A DNA stretch of 64,000 bases. Source: Macrostomum lignano. Taxonomy: Eukaryota. Below, piece by piece: positions 52,338 through 63,377 of the stretch (position 1 is its first letter; the number at the start of each line of letters is the position of its first letter). A program made the translations under genes and the position numbers. Below the pieces are notes generated by a model. It made no database searches and had not been told where the DNA came from. It worked only from the letters and a program-made list of their open reading frames with translations. The stretch lies in NCBI GenBank assembly GCA_002269645.1, contig NIVC01001459.1:124001-188000 (forward strand), read 5' to 3'.

Positions 52338-53933
52338 TCTATCCTAGAAGATTTACTGCAGTTCCATCGGCACCAGCTGCAGCTCTGGTCTGGTCGCCTT
52401 GATCGATATGAGCGTCTGAACTCTCAACTTGATCAACTGTTGAGACCTTGGCCAGCAACTTTGCTGGCACCTGTTGCACCTGCTACACCAGACAATGACC
52501 AAGTTCAAGTACCAGATGAAGCATTAGAATCTGGCAATACGGTTGAGTCGGACAGTGCAGAACTTGTATCAGAAGTTGATCGATTACTAGCTAAAGCTAA
52601 TAGTGTTATTTCGGCTCGTTCCGCTTCCGCGTCTAGTGAACAAAGATCAGATAAAGAGAAGAAAGCAACAACAGCAACAAAGACTAGCACTTCCAAGTCC
52701 AGTTCCGCTGGTAGTAACGTAGCAAAGAAGCCAGCCCAGAAGGGCCCTCCAGTGCCAGCAGTTAAACCTGCTCTAACCAGCACCAAAGCTGTACCAAAGA
52801 AACCACCCGGTCCATCTTATAAACCCGCCCACGTGACTGCTCCATTTCGCACCGATCCAAAGTTGCATCGTCGGGTAGCTGTCAATCAGCAGTACAGAGC
52901 TGCAGGGCGGAGCAAGGCTCGAGCTCAGGCTGCCGCTGATGCGGCCGAAGCTGCCCGGCCGGCTAGGTTAGTTGGCCAGTGGCTTGGAGGCGATGATAAA
53001 TCTGCAACTGGACGGATTAGTAAATCCGCTGAAGCGCAGTCTTCGACTTTGGCTTCGAATCCAGCGCCGCCTCAGTTGGCACCGGTTCTTCCTTCCAATG
53101 GTCGACGATCTTTATCGGCTGATTCTCCGCTGCCTCCGTTGTTGAATTCGTCTAATAATAATAGTGCTAGCAATCCTACTGCAAGTAGTAGTCAAGCACC
53201 ATCCGAGCCTACATCAATTCCATTGAGCTCTGTACCTGTACCGGAGTCTATCTCGGTTGCCGTAGAAACTAACAGGCGTTTAAGACGTCGTCTACGTTTA
53301 GCCGTGTCTAACGGGCGGTTTAGTAGTGGTTCACCGTCGTCTCGAGCGGAGAGTTCATTTCTTGACAAGTTTAGCCTAGCAACTAAACGAATGTCGTCTT
53401 CTTCGTCAGAGACTATTGGTACTAAGCCTAGAACTGTTGTTGCTATGGCTAAACTATTAGATAGTTTGTTGGCTGAGTATCATCTTCAGGAAGAGTCCAC
53501 CGGAAGCGATGCTAATTTAAGACTGCTAGCAAAGATTCGCAGTCTGTATGTTTTGTTAAAATCAAAGACAATATTATACGATACTAATAATAATAATAGT
53601 GGAAATGAGAAAATCAGTGTAAAAACCGGATTATCAAATTCGGCATTCTGCTTGGCCAATATGCCAGACTTGTTTCCGTTCGCTTCTAAGCGTTGCCTTA
53701 CCTTGAGCGCCGAATTGCCCGCTCTTGTTGTGCAAGCAGACCTGTCCGAATTGTTGCTAACCAGTTGGAAATCGAATGTCGAACTTTATAGGAGAATCAC
53801 TTCGAATCCGGTGGCATTGCGGCAATTGTGGGCGCTTGCTGGTGGAGGCGGAGGCGGCTCCGCGGACAGTCGGTCCTCTTGGTTTGCTGGACGTCAACCG
53901 CATCTGCCTGTTACAATTAGTACCGTTCCATAA
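52338..53933 (+). CDS. 531-codon open exon, Ser/Pro/Ala-rich middle; possible TEDC2 (tubulin epsilon-delta complex 2)-like protein; start codon not in this exon
   Basis: Frame open from the acceptor TTTTCAG|TCT (52337) to TAA; in-frame TGA upstream at 52299. N-terminal helix ending LLRPW, then EVDRLLAKANSVISAR, a low-complexity linker and a helical C-terminus recall TEDC2 layout (from memory, unverified). Confidence 0.7.
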   Translation, partial: SILEDLLQFHRHQLQLWSGRLDRYERLNSQLDQLLRPWPATLLAPVAPATPDNDQVQVPDEALESGNTVESDSAELVSEVDRLLAKANSVISARSASASSEQRSDKEKKATTATKTSTSKSSSAGSNVAKKPAQKGPPVPAVKPALTSTKAVPKKPPGPSYKPAHVTAPFRTDPKLHRRVAVNQQYRAAGRSKARAQAAADAAEAARPARLVGQWLGGDDKSATGRISKSAEAQSSTLASNPAPPQLAPVLPSNGRRSLSADSPLPPLLNSSNNNSASNPTASSSQAPSEPTSIPLSSVPVPESISVAVETNRRLRRRLRLAVSNGRFSSGSPSSRAESSFLDKFSLATKRMSSSSSETIGTKPRTVVAMAKLLDSLLAEYHLQEESTGSDANLRLLAKIRSLYVLLKSKTILYDTNNNNSGNEKISVKTGLSNSAFCLANMPDLFPFASKRCLTLSAELPALVVQADLSELLLTSWKSNVELYRRITSNPVALRQLWALAGGGGGGSADSRSSWFAGRQPHLPVTISTVP

Positions 53934-54094
53934 ACTAATTTTGTATTCTGATGAAGACTGACTTATAGCTAAGGTTGTGAAGTTTAAAGACATTGCTCAG
54001 TAACATTTGGTGTACAAGGAATTGACATTTGAGAGTCTTTATTTAACGCGTGCGTTTGTACACCGTGCTTAAAATCTTCCCCTTTATCTAACCT

Positions 54095-54400
54095 AAGAGT
54101 AGAATCCGCCCCCTCACCGCCCTTTTTGCCCTTAGAATCTGCTCTTTTGCCGCCCCAAGAATCTGCCTCTTCACCGCCCCTGGAATCCACCCTTTTACCG
54201 CCCCTCAAATCCGCCCCTTTTCGCGCCTTTACCGCCCATTTACCGCCCCTTTCTTTCCCTTAGAATCTGCTCCTTTGCCGCGCCTAGAATCCGTCCCTTT
54301 ACCACCCATAAAATCCGCCCCTTTCCGCCCCCCTTTCCGCCCCCTTTCCGCCCCTAGAATCCGCCCCTTTACCACCCCTAGAATCCGCCCCTTTTCCGCT
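54095..54400. repeat. GC-rich degenerate ~11/22-bp repeat (GAATCCGCCCCTTT)
   Basis: Direct reading. Confidence 0.8.
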
Positions 54401-55029
54401 CCTAAAGTTGCCAATTTTTCGCACCTGAATCGTCTCTTTACTGCCCGTTACAACCACCCATATTATACGTGAACGAAACGTTTGAGTCCAATTCACGATA
54501 TTAGCTAGGGTCCAAAATTTCGCCATGTTTTTTACTCGTGTCGTAAAAGAACGTTTGAGTTCAAGCTTTCTCCTACTCAGCTTTTTTATGCCGTCCCAGA
54601 TTGAACCTTAACTGCTCTCTGTTTTAACAACCTGTGTACATAATTTTTTATCTGATTTCTTTTATCTGACTTGATTCAAATTCATTTATTTATAGAAGCA
54701 AAACTTTATCCAATGTTGCTTTTTGCTTCATAAGCGTTTGTATTTCTGTGTAAATAATCTGTCTTCACTTTTTTGCCAAGGCCAACTTCTTAAGACAATT
54801 GATCTTATCCAAGTAAGCGATTATTGCTCATTCATATTTGCTGTATACAATGAATAGTTGAACTTTTTTTTAAATAATCATTTCGATTTAATCTTAAATG
54901 CATTAATTTATGGTAACATTCCAAATTTTATTAGAAAATACGTGTCTTTGTCTTGGATTCTTTGTTGTAATGTATTTTGTATTCTTTAGCTTCTTTCTGT
55001 TAAAGTCATGATCTCATTCTGAGTTTGTA

Positions 55030-56150
55030 TTGGTCATGACCTCATCCTGAGTTTGTTGTGGCTCATGACCTCATCCTAAGTTTATGGCTCATGACCTCAT
55101 CCTGAGTTTGTGTGGGTCATGACCTGATCCTGAGTTTGTGTGGGTCATGACCTGATCCTGAGTTTGTGTGGGTCATAACCTCATCCTGAGTTTGTGTGGG
55201 TCATAACCTCATCCTGAGTTTGTGTGGGTCATGACCTGATCCTGAGTTTGTGTGGCTCATGACCTCATCCTGAGTTTGTGTGGGTCATAACCTCATCCTG
55301 AGTTTGTATTGGTCATGACCTCATCCTGAGTTTGTGTGGGTCATAACCTCATCCTGAGTTTGTATTGGTCATGACCTCATCCTGAGTTTGTATTGGTCAT
55401 GACCTTATCCTGAGTTTGTATTGGTCATGACCTCATCCCGAGTTTGCATGAGTCATGACCTCACCCTGAGTTTGCATGAGTCATGACCTCATCCTGAGTT
55501 TGTATTGGTCATGACCTCATCCTAAGTTTGTGTGGGTCATGACCTCATCCTGAGTTTGTATTGGTCATGACCTCATCCTGAGTTTGTATTGGTCATGAAC
55601 TCATCCTGAGTTTGTATTGGTCATGACCTCATCCTGAGTTTGTATTGGTCATGACCTTATCCTGAGTTTGTATTGGTCATGACCTTATCCTGAGTTTGTG
55701 TGGGTCATGACCTCATCCTGAGTTTGTGTGGGTCATGACCTCATCCTGAGTTTGTATTGGTCATGACCTCATCCTGAGTTTTTTGTGGGTCATGACCTCA
55801 TCCTGAGTTTGTGTGGGTCATGACCTCATCCTGAGTTTGTGTGGGTCATGACCTCATGCTGAGTTTGTGTGGGTCATGACCTCATCCTGAGTTTGTATTG
55901 GTCATGACCTCATCCTGAGTTTGTGTGGCTCATGGCCTCATCCTGAGTTTGTGTGGGTCATGACCTCATCCTAAGTTTGTGTGGGTCATGACCTCATCCT
56001 GAGTTTGTGTGGGTCATGAACTCATCCTAAGTTTGTGTGGGTCATGACCTCATCCTGAGTTTGTGTGGGTCATGACCTCATCCTTAGTTTGTTGTGGGTC
56101 ATGACCTCATCCTGAGTTTGTGTGGCTCATGACCTCATCCTAATTTTTTT
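55030..56150. repeat. 28-bp minisatellite (GTCATGACCTCATCCTGAGTTTGTGTGG)
   Basis: Direct reading. Confidence 0.95.
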
Positions 56151-56369
56151 TGGTCATGACCTTACCCTGATTTTACGAGTAAATGGGTCATCATCCTGAG
56201 TTCATATTGGTCAGGACCTCTTCCTTGATTTTCTAGAATTAAGTAGCAATGACCTCCATTTTAACTGACTGGTTTGCGTTTACATCTATGAATATACAGT
56301 TACTATTAAGATTCCTATTTACCTACAATTCCAGCTTTTAGTAAGCCACTAAGAAAAGCTGTCAGCAGA

Positions 56370-56714
56370 ATGTCTTCAAGCTCCGATCAGCCGCTTGTCC
56401 AACGCGTGCTGGCCGTGTCAGCCGCCTCGGCGGCTCGGGCCAGCCTGGTCATTCGCCAGGTGATGTCTAGCGGCCAGTTGGGCATTGTTGAGAAGGGCAA
56501 AAATGACCTGCAGACAGCTGCCGATCGCGGAGCCCAGCGGATTATAATTGGCAATTTGAGATTGGCCTTCCCTGGGCTCACTGTCATCGGCGAGGAGGAT
56601 GAGGATCCCAATGCTGAGCCGCTGAGGCCGGATGAGCTGGTGCAGCCGGATGCCGGGGTGTTGGCAAAGGACTGCCCCGCAGCGCTGAGGGATGTTCCTG
56701 TTGGTGACGTCACT
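56370..56714 (+). CDS. BPNT1: 3'(2'),5'-bisphosphate nucleotidase 1, exon 1
   Basis: DLQTAADR and VIGEED motifs of the inositol monophosphatase family; phase-0 donor ACT|GTGAGT. Confidence 0.92.
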
Positions 56715-56729
56715 GTGAGTGCCGCTTGC

Positions 56730-56745
56730 TGTCTGTCTGTCTGTA

Positions 56746-56782
<37 letters not shown>

Positions 56783-57106
56783 GCCTGCCTGCCTGTCTGT
56801 CTGTCTGTCTGTCTGTCTGTCTTAGTGTCTGTCTTAGTGTCTGTCTGTCTGTCTGTCTGTCTGTCTTAGTGTCTGTCTTAGTGTCTGTCTTAGTGTCTGT
56901 CTGTCTGTCTGTCTGCCTGTCTGTCTGTCTGTCTGTCTGTCTTAGTGTCTGTCTTAGTGTCTGTCTGTCTGTCTGTCTGTCTGTCTGCCTGCCTGCCTGC
57001 CTGCCTGTCTGTCTTAGTGTCTGTCTGTCTGTCTGTCTTAGTGTCTGTCTTGGTGTCTGTCTGTCTTAGTGTCTGTCTTAGTGTCTGTCTGTCTGTCTGT
57101 CTTAGT

Positions 57107-57150
<44 letters not shown>
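56730..57150. repeat. (TCTG)n microsatellite mixed with TCTTAGTG units, filling the BPNT1 intron
   Basis: Direct reading. Confidence 0.95.
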
Positions 57151-57151
<1 letters not shown>

Positions 57152-57238
57152 AGTAGATTATGCAGATATCATGTACAGTTTGAATTTAATCACAATATCA
57201 TTCCATCTCTCTTCCCCTCTCTCCACCCCGGCAACCAG

Positions 57239-57835
57239 GTGTGGGTTGACCCCCTAGACGGCACGTCGGAATTCGCCGCCAATCTCTTAGATCACGTGAC
57301 CGTGCTGATCGGTATCGCCGTAGGCAGCCGCGCAGTAGCCGGGGTGATCTGCCAGCCCTACTACAACTACCAGACTCTGTCGCCCGATCAGATGGGCCGC
57401 CTGATCTGGTCCCTGGAAGGACTTGGCGTGTTCGGCCTATCAGAAACTGAGATCGCCAACAACCCGCCCGGTAACATCATAGCAACCACGCGTAGTCATA
57501 GCAACCAGATTGTCAATGACGCTGTGACAGCCTGCGAACCGACTGAAGTGCTCCGCGTTGGCGGCTCCGGCCACAAGGTTCTGCTGCTGATTGAACGCCA
57601 GGCTCATGCCTACGTGTTCGCATCTCCGGGATGCAAGAAGTGGGACACGTGTGCGCCTGAGGCTGTGCTCAGGGCTCTTGGCGGTTGCCTCACCGACATT
57701 CTCGGCAACGAGTTGCCTTACAACGCTTCGGCTACGCATCCCAACAAGCAGGGCGTGTTGGCCACTCTGAGGAAAGAGGATCACGCCAGGTTCGCCGCAA
57801 AGATCCCAGAGAACGTGCGAAAGGCTTTGTCATAA
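57239..57835 (+). CDS. BPNT1: BPNT1 exon 2 (spliced product 313 aa)
   Basis: Acceptor CAG|GTG; [36 protein letters not shown] motifs. Confidence 0.93.
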   Translation: MWVDPLDGTSEFAANLLDHVTVLIGIAVGSRAVAGVICQPYYNYQTLSPDQMGRLIWSLEGLGVFGLSETEIANNPPGNIIATTRSHSNQIVNDAVTACEPTEVLRVGGSGHKVLLLIERQAHAYVFASPGCKKWDTCAPEAVLRALGGCLTDILGNELPYNASATHPNKQGVLATLRKEDHARFAAKIPENVRKALS

Positions 57836-57940
57836 ACATGCTTCTTCGAAATATGATTATTAATAATTGATATTGTGCGACAATCGAATTTTATTGATAG
57901 TTTTTCCGCCATTTGATTGTTGTGATAAGTTTTTTTTTCA

Positions 57941-57946
57941 AATAAA
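57941..57946 (+). terminator. Candidate polyadenylation signal for BPNT1
   Basis: AATAAA ~105 nt after the stop, followed by T-rich sequence. Confidence 0.5.
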
Positions 57947-58019
57947 CAAATAACATTCTGATGTCGAATACCTGTTTATTATCACTTTTTAATTAACACC
58001 TTTTTAACAATATCGAAAG

Positions 58020-58860
58020 GCTGAGATTTTAAAGGTTTCTCTACCGTGTCTCACCTATCTAAGGTGAGATTTTAAGAGATTCTCTACCGAGTCTCGCAAA
58101 TCTAGTGTGAGATTTCGAGAGATTCTCTACCGTGTCTCAACAATCTAGTGTGAGATTTTGAAGTTTTATCTACCGTGTCTCACCAATCTAGGGTGAGATT
58201 TTGAAGGTTTCTCTACCGTGTCTCACCTATCTAAGGTGAGATTTTAAGAGATTCTCTGCTGTGTCTCACCAATCTAGGGTGAGATTTTGAGAGATTCTTT
58301 ACCGTGTCTCACCTATCTAGGGTGAGATTTTGAGAGATTTTCTACCCTGTCTGAATAATCTAGGGTGAGATTTTGAGAGATTTTCTACCCTGTCTGAATA
58401 ATCTAAGGTGAGATTTTGAGAGATTCTCTACCGAGTCTCGCAAATCTAGTGTGAGATTTCGAGAGATTCTCTACCGTGTCTCAACAATCTAGTGTGAGAT
58501 TTTGAAGTTTTATCTACCGTGTCTCACCAATCTAGGGTGAGATTTTGAAGGTTTCTTTACTGTGTCTCACCAATCTAGGGTAAGCTTTTGAGGGCTTCTC
58601 TACCGTCTCTCACCAATCTAGGGTAAGCTTTTGAGGGCTTCTCTACCGTCTCTCACAAAGCTAGGATGAGACTTTTGAGGGTTTATCTACCCCATTTTAC
58701 CAATTTAGGGTGCGATTTTGAGATTCTCTACCGCGTCTCACCTATGTAGGATGAGATTTTGAAAGATTCTTCACCGTGTCTCACCAATCTAGGGAGAGAC
58801 TTTGAGAGATTCTCCTCCATGTCTCACCAATCTAGACCGAGATTTTGAAGGTTTCTCTGC
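58020..58860. repeat. 43-bp minisatellite (CTAGGGTGAGATTTTGAGAGATTCTCTACCGTGTCTCACCAAT)
   Basis: CTAG recurs at 58145 and 58188; internal GTGAGA/TCTCAC inverted repeat. Confidence 0.9.
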
Positions 58861-59449
58861 AAAATCAACAGTAAATCAGGTCAACACTAAAAAATCTAAA
58901 AAACGATTTCAATTCTAAAAAAATGATCATTTGTGTCACTGTTGTCATTCCTCTAAATATGGACAATGGGTAAACGCGAGATCGTTTTAAATTTTTTGTC
59001 TTATTAAATTATTTTTAAATTAGCCATTTTAGATCACATTGTACTAAATTTACAAGTCACCTGTTATTTAGCTACTTATTTAAGGCGTACAAAATATTAA
59101 ATACTTTTTTATGTTCATTCGAAATTTTCAAAGCATATCAAGTATCTTTGTATATGCAATTTCTGTTAGTTTTGTCTTTTAATTTGATGCATTATGTCTA
59201 CGTTAAGTCTGTTTTTTATGTAGTTTCTGTTTTTTATTTACCTTTGGAATATTGGCTTCCTAATCTACGTGTACTCATACTTATTATTTAGTTGCTCTGT
59301 CATTTTTATTGATAACTAGATATAATATTTATTGTAGAATTTAGAAGAAAATACTTTTTCGCTTACATTTCAGTAAATTAGTACTTGTTATTGTTTTTAA
59401 TGTTTTTTTATAACTTAGACCAGGAACAGGGATACATTGTCATCAGTAT

Positions 59450-60300
59450 ATCTAACAAGGGGAATCCCTGGGTATACTGTGTCTAACAATTGAGAATCTC
59501 AATCCCAATATGTATGTAATAGGGGGATTTCAACATGTACCTAACAGGGGGAATCCAATGGTATATCTAACAGGGGATCCCAGGGTATATCTATCAGGGG
59601 AATCCCAAGGTATATCTATCATTGGGAATCCCAAGGTATATCTATCATTGGGAATTCCAAGGTATATCTATCATTAGTAATCCTAAGGTATATCTATCAT
59701 TGGGAATCCCAATGTATATCTATCATTGGGAATTCCAAGGTATATCTATCATTGGGAATCCCAAGGTATATCTATCATTGGGAATTCCAAGGTAGATCTA
59801 AATGGGGGAATCCCAAGGTAGATCTAAATGGGGGAATCCCAAGGTAGATCTAAATGAGGGAATCCCAAGGTGGATCTAAATAGGGGAATCCCTAGGTAGA
59901 TCTAAATGGGGGAATCCCTAGGTAGATCTAAATGGGGGAATCCCAAGGTAGATCTAAATGGGGGAATCCCAAGGTAGATCTAAATGGGGGAATCCCTAGG
60001 TAGATCTAAATGGGGGAATCCCAAGGTAGATCTAAATGGGGGAATCCCTAGGTAGATCTAAATGGGGGAATCCCTAGGTAGATCTAAATGGGGGAATCCC
60101 AAGGTAGATCTAAATGGGGGAATCCCAAGGTAGATCTAAATGGGGGAATCCCAAGGTAGATCTAAATGGGGGAATCCCAAGGTAGATCTAAATGGGGGAA
60201 TCCCTAGGTAGATCTAAATGGGGGAATCCCAAGGTAGATCTAAATGGGGTATCCCAAGGTAGATCTAAATGGGGGAATCCCAACATATATCTAACAGAGG
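59450..60300. repeat. 26-bp minisatellite (GGGGGAATCCCAAGGTAGATCTAAAT)
   Basis: Direct reading. Confidence 0.93.
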
Positions 60301-60508
60301 GAATCCCAATATTCCAGCAATTCAATGTGTCTAGCAAGGTAAACCAGAATTTCAAATAGAGGAATTCAGGATAGTTAAGAGGCCGAATTATTTTCGTAAA
60401 TTCCCTGTGGAATTCATAGTAATATCGGGTGAATTTGACTATGATTTGTATTATCCGATCTCGTCAAAGTCAATTTGACAATCTTCAGGTTGGCTAGTTC
60501 GGCCAAGC

Positions 60509-60798
60509 ATGTCTTACCACTGGCCCAAGCGACTGTCATCAAATGCAACCGATGTTTCACCATCGCTGCCATCCACCCCGGCTTCGTCGGCGACTTTCAA
60601 CGCCGGAGCTGTCGTGGCGAGCGTCGGCGGCGGTCTTGAAGGCGACGACGGCCTGGCCTGGGCCTACGAGCAGCTCGCCGCTCGATTCAATCAGCTGGAG
60701 GTCGCTTATAAAGCTGCTAAAAGTGCAACTGGCGGGGGCGGGTTTATTTCTAAACTGCCGTCTTGTCTGCGCTCGTCTGCGCTAGACTCGGATGACAG
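60509..60798 (+). CDS. Coiled-coil/UBZ zinc-finger adaptor-like protein, exon 1
   Basis: ATG 20 nt after the acceptor-like TTCAG (60488); helical AYEQLAARFNQLE; phase-2 donor AG|GTGCGA. Confidence 0.75.
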
Positions 60799-60859
60799 GT
60801 GCGACTCTTGCGGCAATTTTGATTTTCATTTACCCTTAATCTTTAAATCATTTTTGCTC

Positions 60860-61990
60860 GATCGCCAAAGTCCCGATTCCCAAGCTCCTCAAAGTCCCGA
60901 TCCCCAAGATCCCCAAATTCCCGATTCCCTAGATCCTCAAAGTCCCAAAGTCCCGATTCCCAAGAGTCCCGAAATCCCAAAGTCCCGATCCTTAAGATCC
61001 CCGAAAAGTCCCGATTCCCAAGATTATTAAAATCCCGATTCCCAAGATTATTAAAATCCCGATTCCCAAGATTCCCAAAATTTCGATTCCCAAGATCCCC
61101 AACGTTCGGATCCCTAAAACCCTCAAAGTCCCGATTCCCAAGATCCCCGAGATCCCGGAGTCCCAATCCCAAGATCCCCGAAAATTTTAAGTCCCGATTC
61201 CCAAGATTATTAAAATCCCGATTCCCAAGATCCCCAATGTCCCGATCCCCAAGATCCTTGAAGATCCCAAGATCCTTGAAGATCCCCGAGATCCCGGAGT
61301 CCCAATCCCAAGATCCCCGAAAATTTTAAGTCCCGATTCTCAAGATCATTAAAATCCCGATTCCCATAATCCCCAAAGTCCCGATTCCCAAGATCTCCGA
61401 AATCCCCAAGTCCCGATCCCCAAGATCCTTGAAATCCCCAAAGTCCTGGTCCCCAAGATCCCCAAAGTCCCGATCCCAAGATTTCCAAAGTCCCGATCCC
61501 CAAGGTCCCTTAAGTCCCGATCCTAGAATCCTTAAAGTCCCGATCCCAAAGATCCCAAGATCCCCAAATTCCCGATTCCCAAGATCCTCAAAGTCCCGAT
61601 CCCCAAGGTCCCCAAGATTCCTAAAGTCCCGATCCCCAAGGTCCCCAAGATTCCTAAAGTCCCGATCCCCAAGGTCTCCAAGATCCCCAAGATCCCCAAA
61701 GTCTCGATCCCAAGATCCCCAAGATCCTCAGTCTCGAACCCAAAAATCCCAAAGTCTCGATCCCAAGATCCTCAGTCTCGATCCTAAGAATCCCAAAGTC
61801 TCGATCACAAGAATCCCAAAGTCTCGATCCCAAGAGTCCCAAAGTCCCGATCCCAAGAATCTTAAAGTCCCAATCCCAAGAATCCTAAAGTCCCGATCCT
61901 AAGATCCTTCAAATCCCGATCCCAATATCCCCAGGATTTGAAAAAACCGATCCCAAGATCCTCTAAATCCCGACCCCCCCCAAATCCCTA
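60860..61990. repeat. Degenerate AAATCCCGATTCCCAAG low-complexity repeat in intron 1
   Basis: Direct reading; source of the SPKSR-type ORFs. Confidence 0.9.
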
Positions 61991-62150
61991 CCCATATACT
62001 AGAACTCCGAATCCCAAATGACAGACTAGTTTCTAAATTTCTAACAATCATGATTTCTAATCTCAAAATTCAAAAAACAATCCATTAATTCATCATCATA
62101 TCTAAATCCCAAATCTCTGAGAATAGAGGAAAATTCTGAATTCGCCTCAG

Positions 62151-62531
62151 ATCCTGGGATGACGACTGGCTAGCGGCAGACGATTCCGCAGCGGCAGTCG
62201 CAGTCGGCCCCGGCAACACGCCAGTCTCCTGTTTGCTAGCCGAGTTGGCTCGCGCTCAATCGCGCGCAATACGCGCAGAAATGCGCGCCCGAGCCTGGGA
62301 GCGCAGATCGCGCGAAGCCGCGTCGCTTTTGCGCGAAGCGACGGAGCGACTGGCCGAGGCGCGGCTGCGAGTCGACAGCGAAGCTGGCGACGCCTCCAGA
62401 GCTTGCCAGGCTCTGGGAGCCGGTCTGGTGGCGGCTGGGGATCTGGCTCGGACTCAGGGTCGGTTGTTGCAGAAACTGCTGCTCAGAGAACGCCTGCGAG
62501 GTGCACCGCAGGCGCTGATGCCAGCCAATAG
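62151..62531 (+). CDS. Coiled-coil/UBZ adaptor, exon 2
   Basis: Acceptor CTCAG|A completes Arg in phase with exon 1; Ala/Arg/Glu-rich coiled coil; phase-2 donor AG|GTGAGC. Confidence 0.78.
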
Positions 62532-62544
62532 GTGAGCTGGTTAG

Positions 62545-62822
62545 CTTAGATGTGCAACCGACAGCTCAGCCGCAGCTATTGCGCGGCGCATCTGAAGGCT
62601 GCGTACGGCTGTTCAGTCCAAAGACTGGGGGGTCGCCACACACACCCTCAATTACCTCAGCTAGTGCTGGCACCCATTTTACAGCTGGGTGAACTGAAGC
62701 AATGCAGAGTTAAGTGTCTTGCTCAAAAGGACACAAATTGTTCCGAGTTAGGTCGAGAATCGAACCCCCGACCTTTCAGTCGTGAATCCAACGCTCTAAC
62801 CACTAGGCTACAAGGCTGGCCC
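62545..62822 (-). mobile_element. tRNA-derived CORE-type SINE in intron 2
   Basis: A box TAGCCTAGTGG and B box GGTTCGATTC, then the CORE-like TGTGTCC...GAGCAAGACACTTAAC...CAGCTGTAAAATGGG. Confidence 0.85.
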
Positions 62823-62949
62823 TCTGGCAGTAGAAATAGCATAATATTACAAGTATTTTTGTTAGGTTTTGGCTTAGGGAGAGCGGCTACATTTGTTTGC
62901 GGCAAATTGAAAATTTGTTTTCATGCGATTTACACTGTTTTGTATAAAA

Positions 62950-63260
62950 ATGGGATTTTTTGGGAAAATGGGATTTTTGGGATAAAAATGGGATTTTTTG
63001 GATAAATAGGATTTTTGGGGAAAATTGGATCTCTGAGATAAAAATGGGATTCTTTTGGTAAAGATTGGATTCTTTGAGATAGAAATGGATTCTTTATGAA
63101 AATTTGGGATAAGAACGAGATTCTTTGGGAAAAATGAGAGATCTTTGGGATAAAACTGGGGTTCTTTGGGAGAAATGGGATTCTTTGGAAAAAAATAGGA
63201 TTTTTAGGGAAAAAATGAGATTCTTTGAGATAAAAATAAACTTTTCGGGATAAAAATGAG
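62950..63260. repeat. Degenerate AAAAATGGGATTTTTGGG repeat in intron 2
   Basis: Direct reading. Confidence 0.85.
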
Positions 63261-63377
63261 ACCTTGTAGCTTACTGATATAATTGGGTCTTTGTTGCTCG
63301 GGAAGAAACAATTAATGGGACTTATTTATCAGCTAGCTTAGGATCATAAAATCCCTACTCATACTGCGCAATCACAG

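Noticed and set aside
56715-57238. CLSV-repeat extensions of the BPNT1 ORFs
   Set aside because: Intronic (TCTG)n; splicing gives a normal-length 313-aa enzyme.
60799-61902. SPKSR-rich ORFs resembling protamine/SR proteins, including the tail of ORF 60509..61030
   Set aside because: They lie in the degenerate repeat after a good donor at 60799 and inside an intron whose removal restores the frame.
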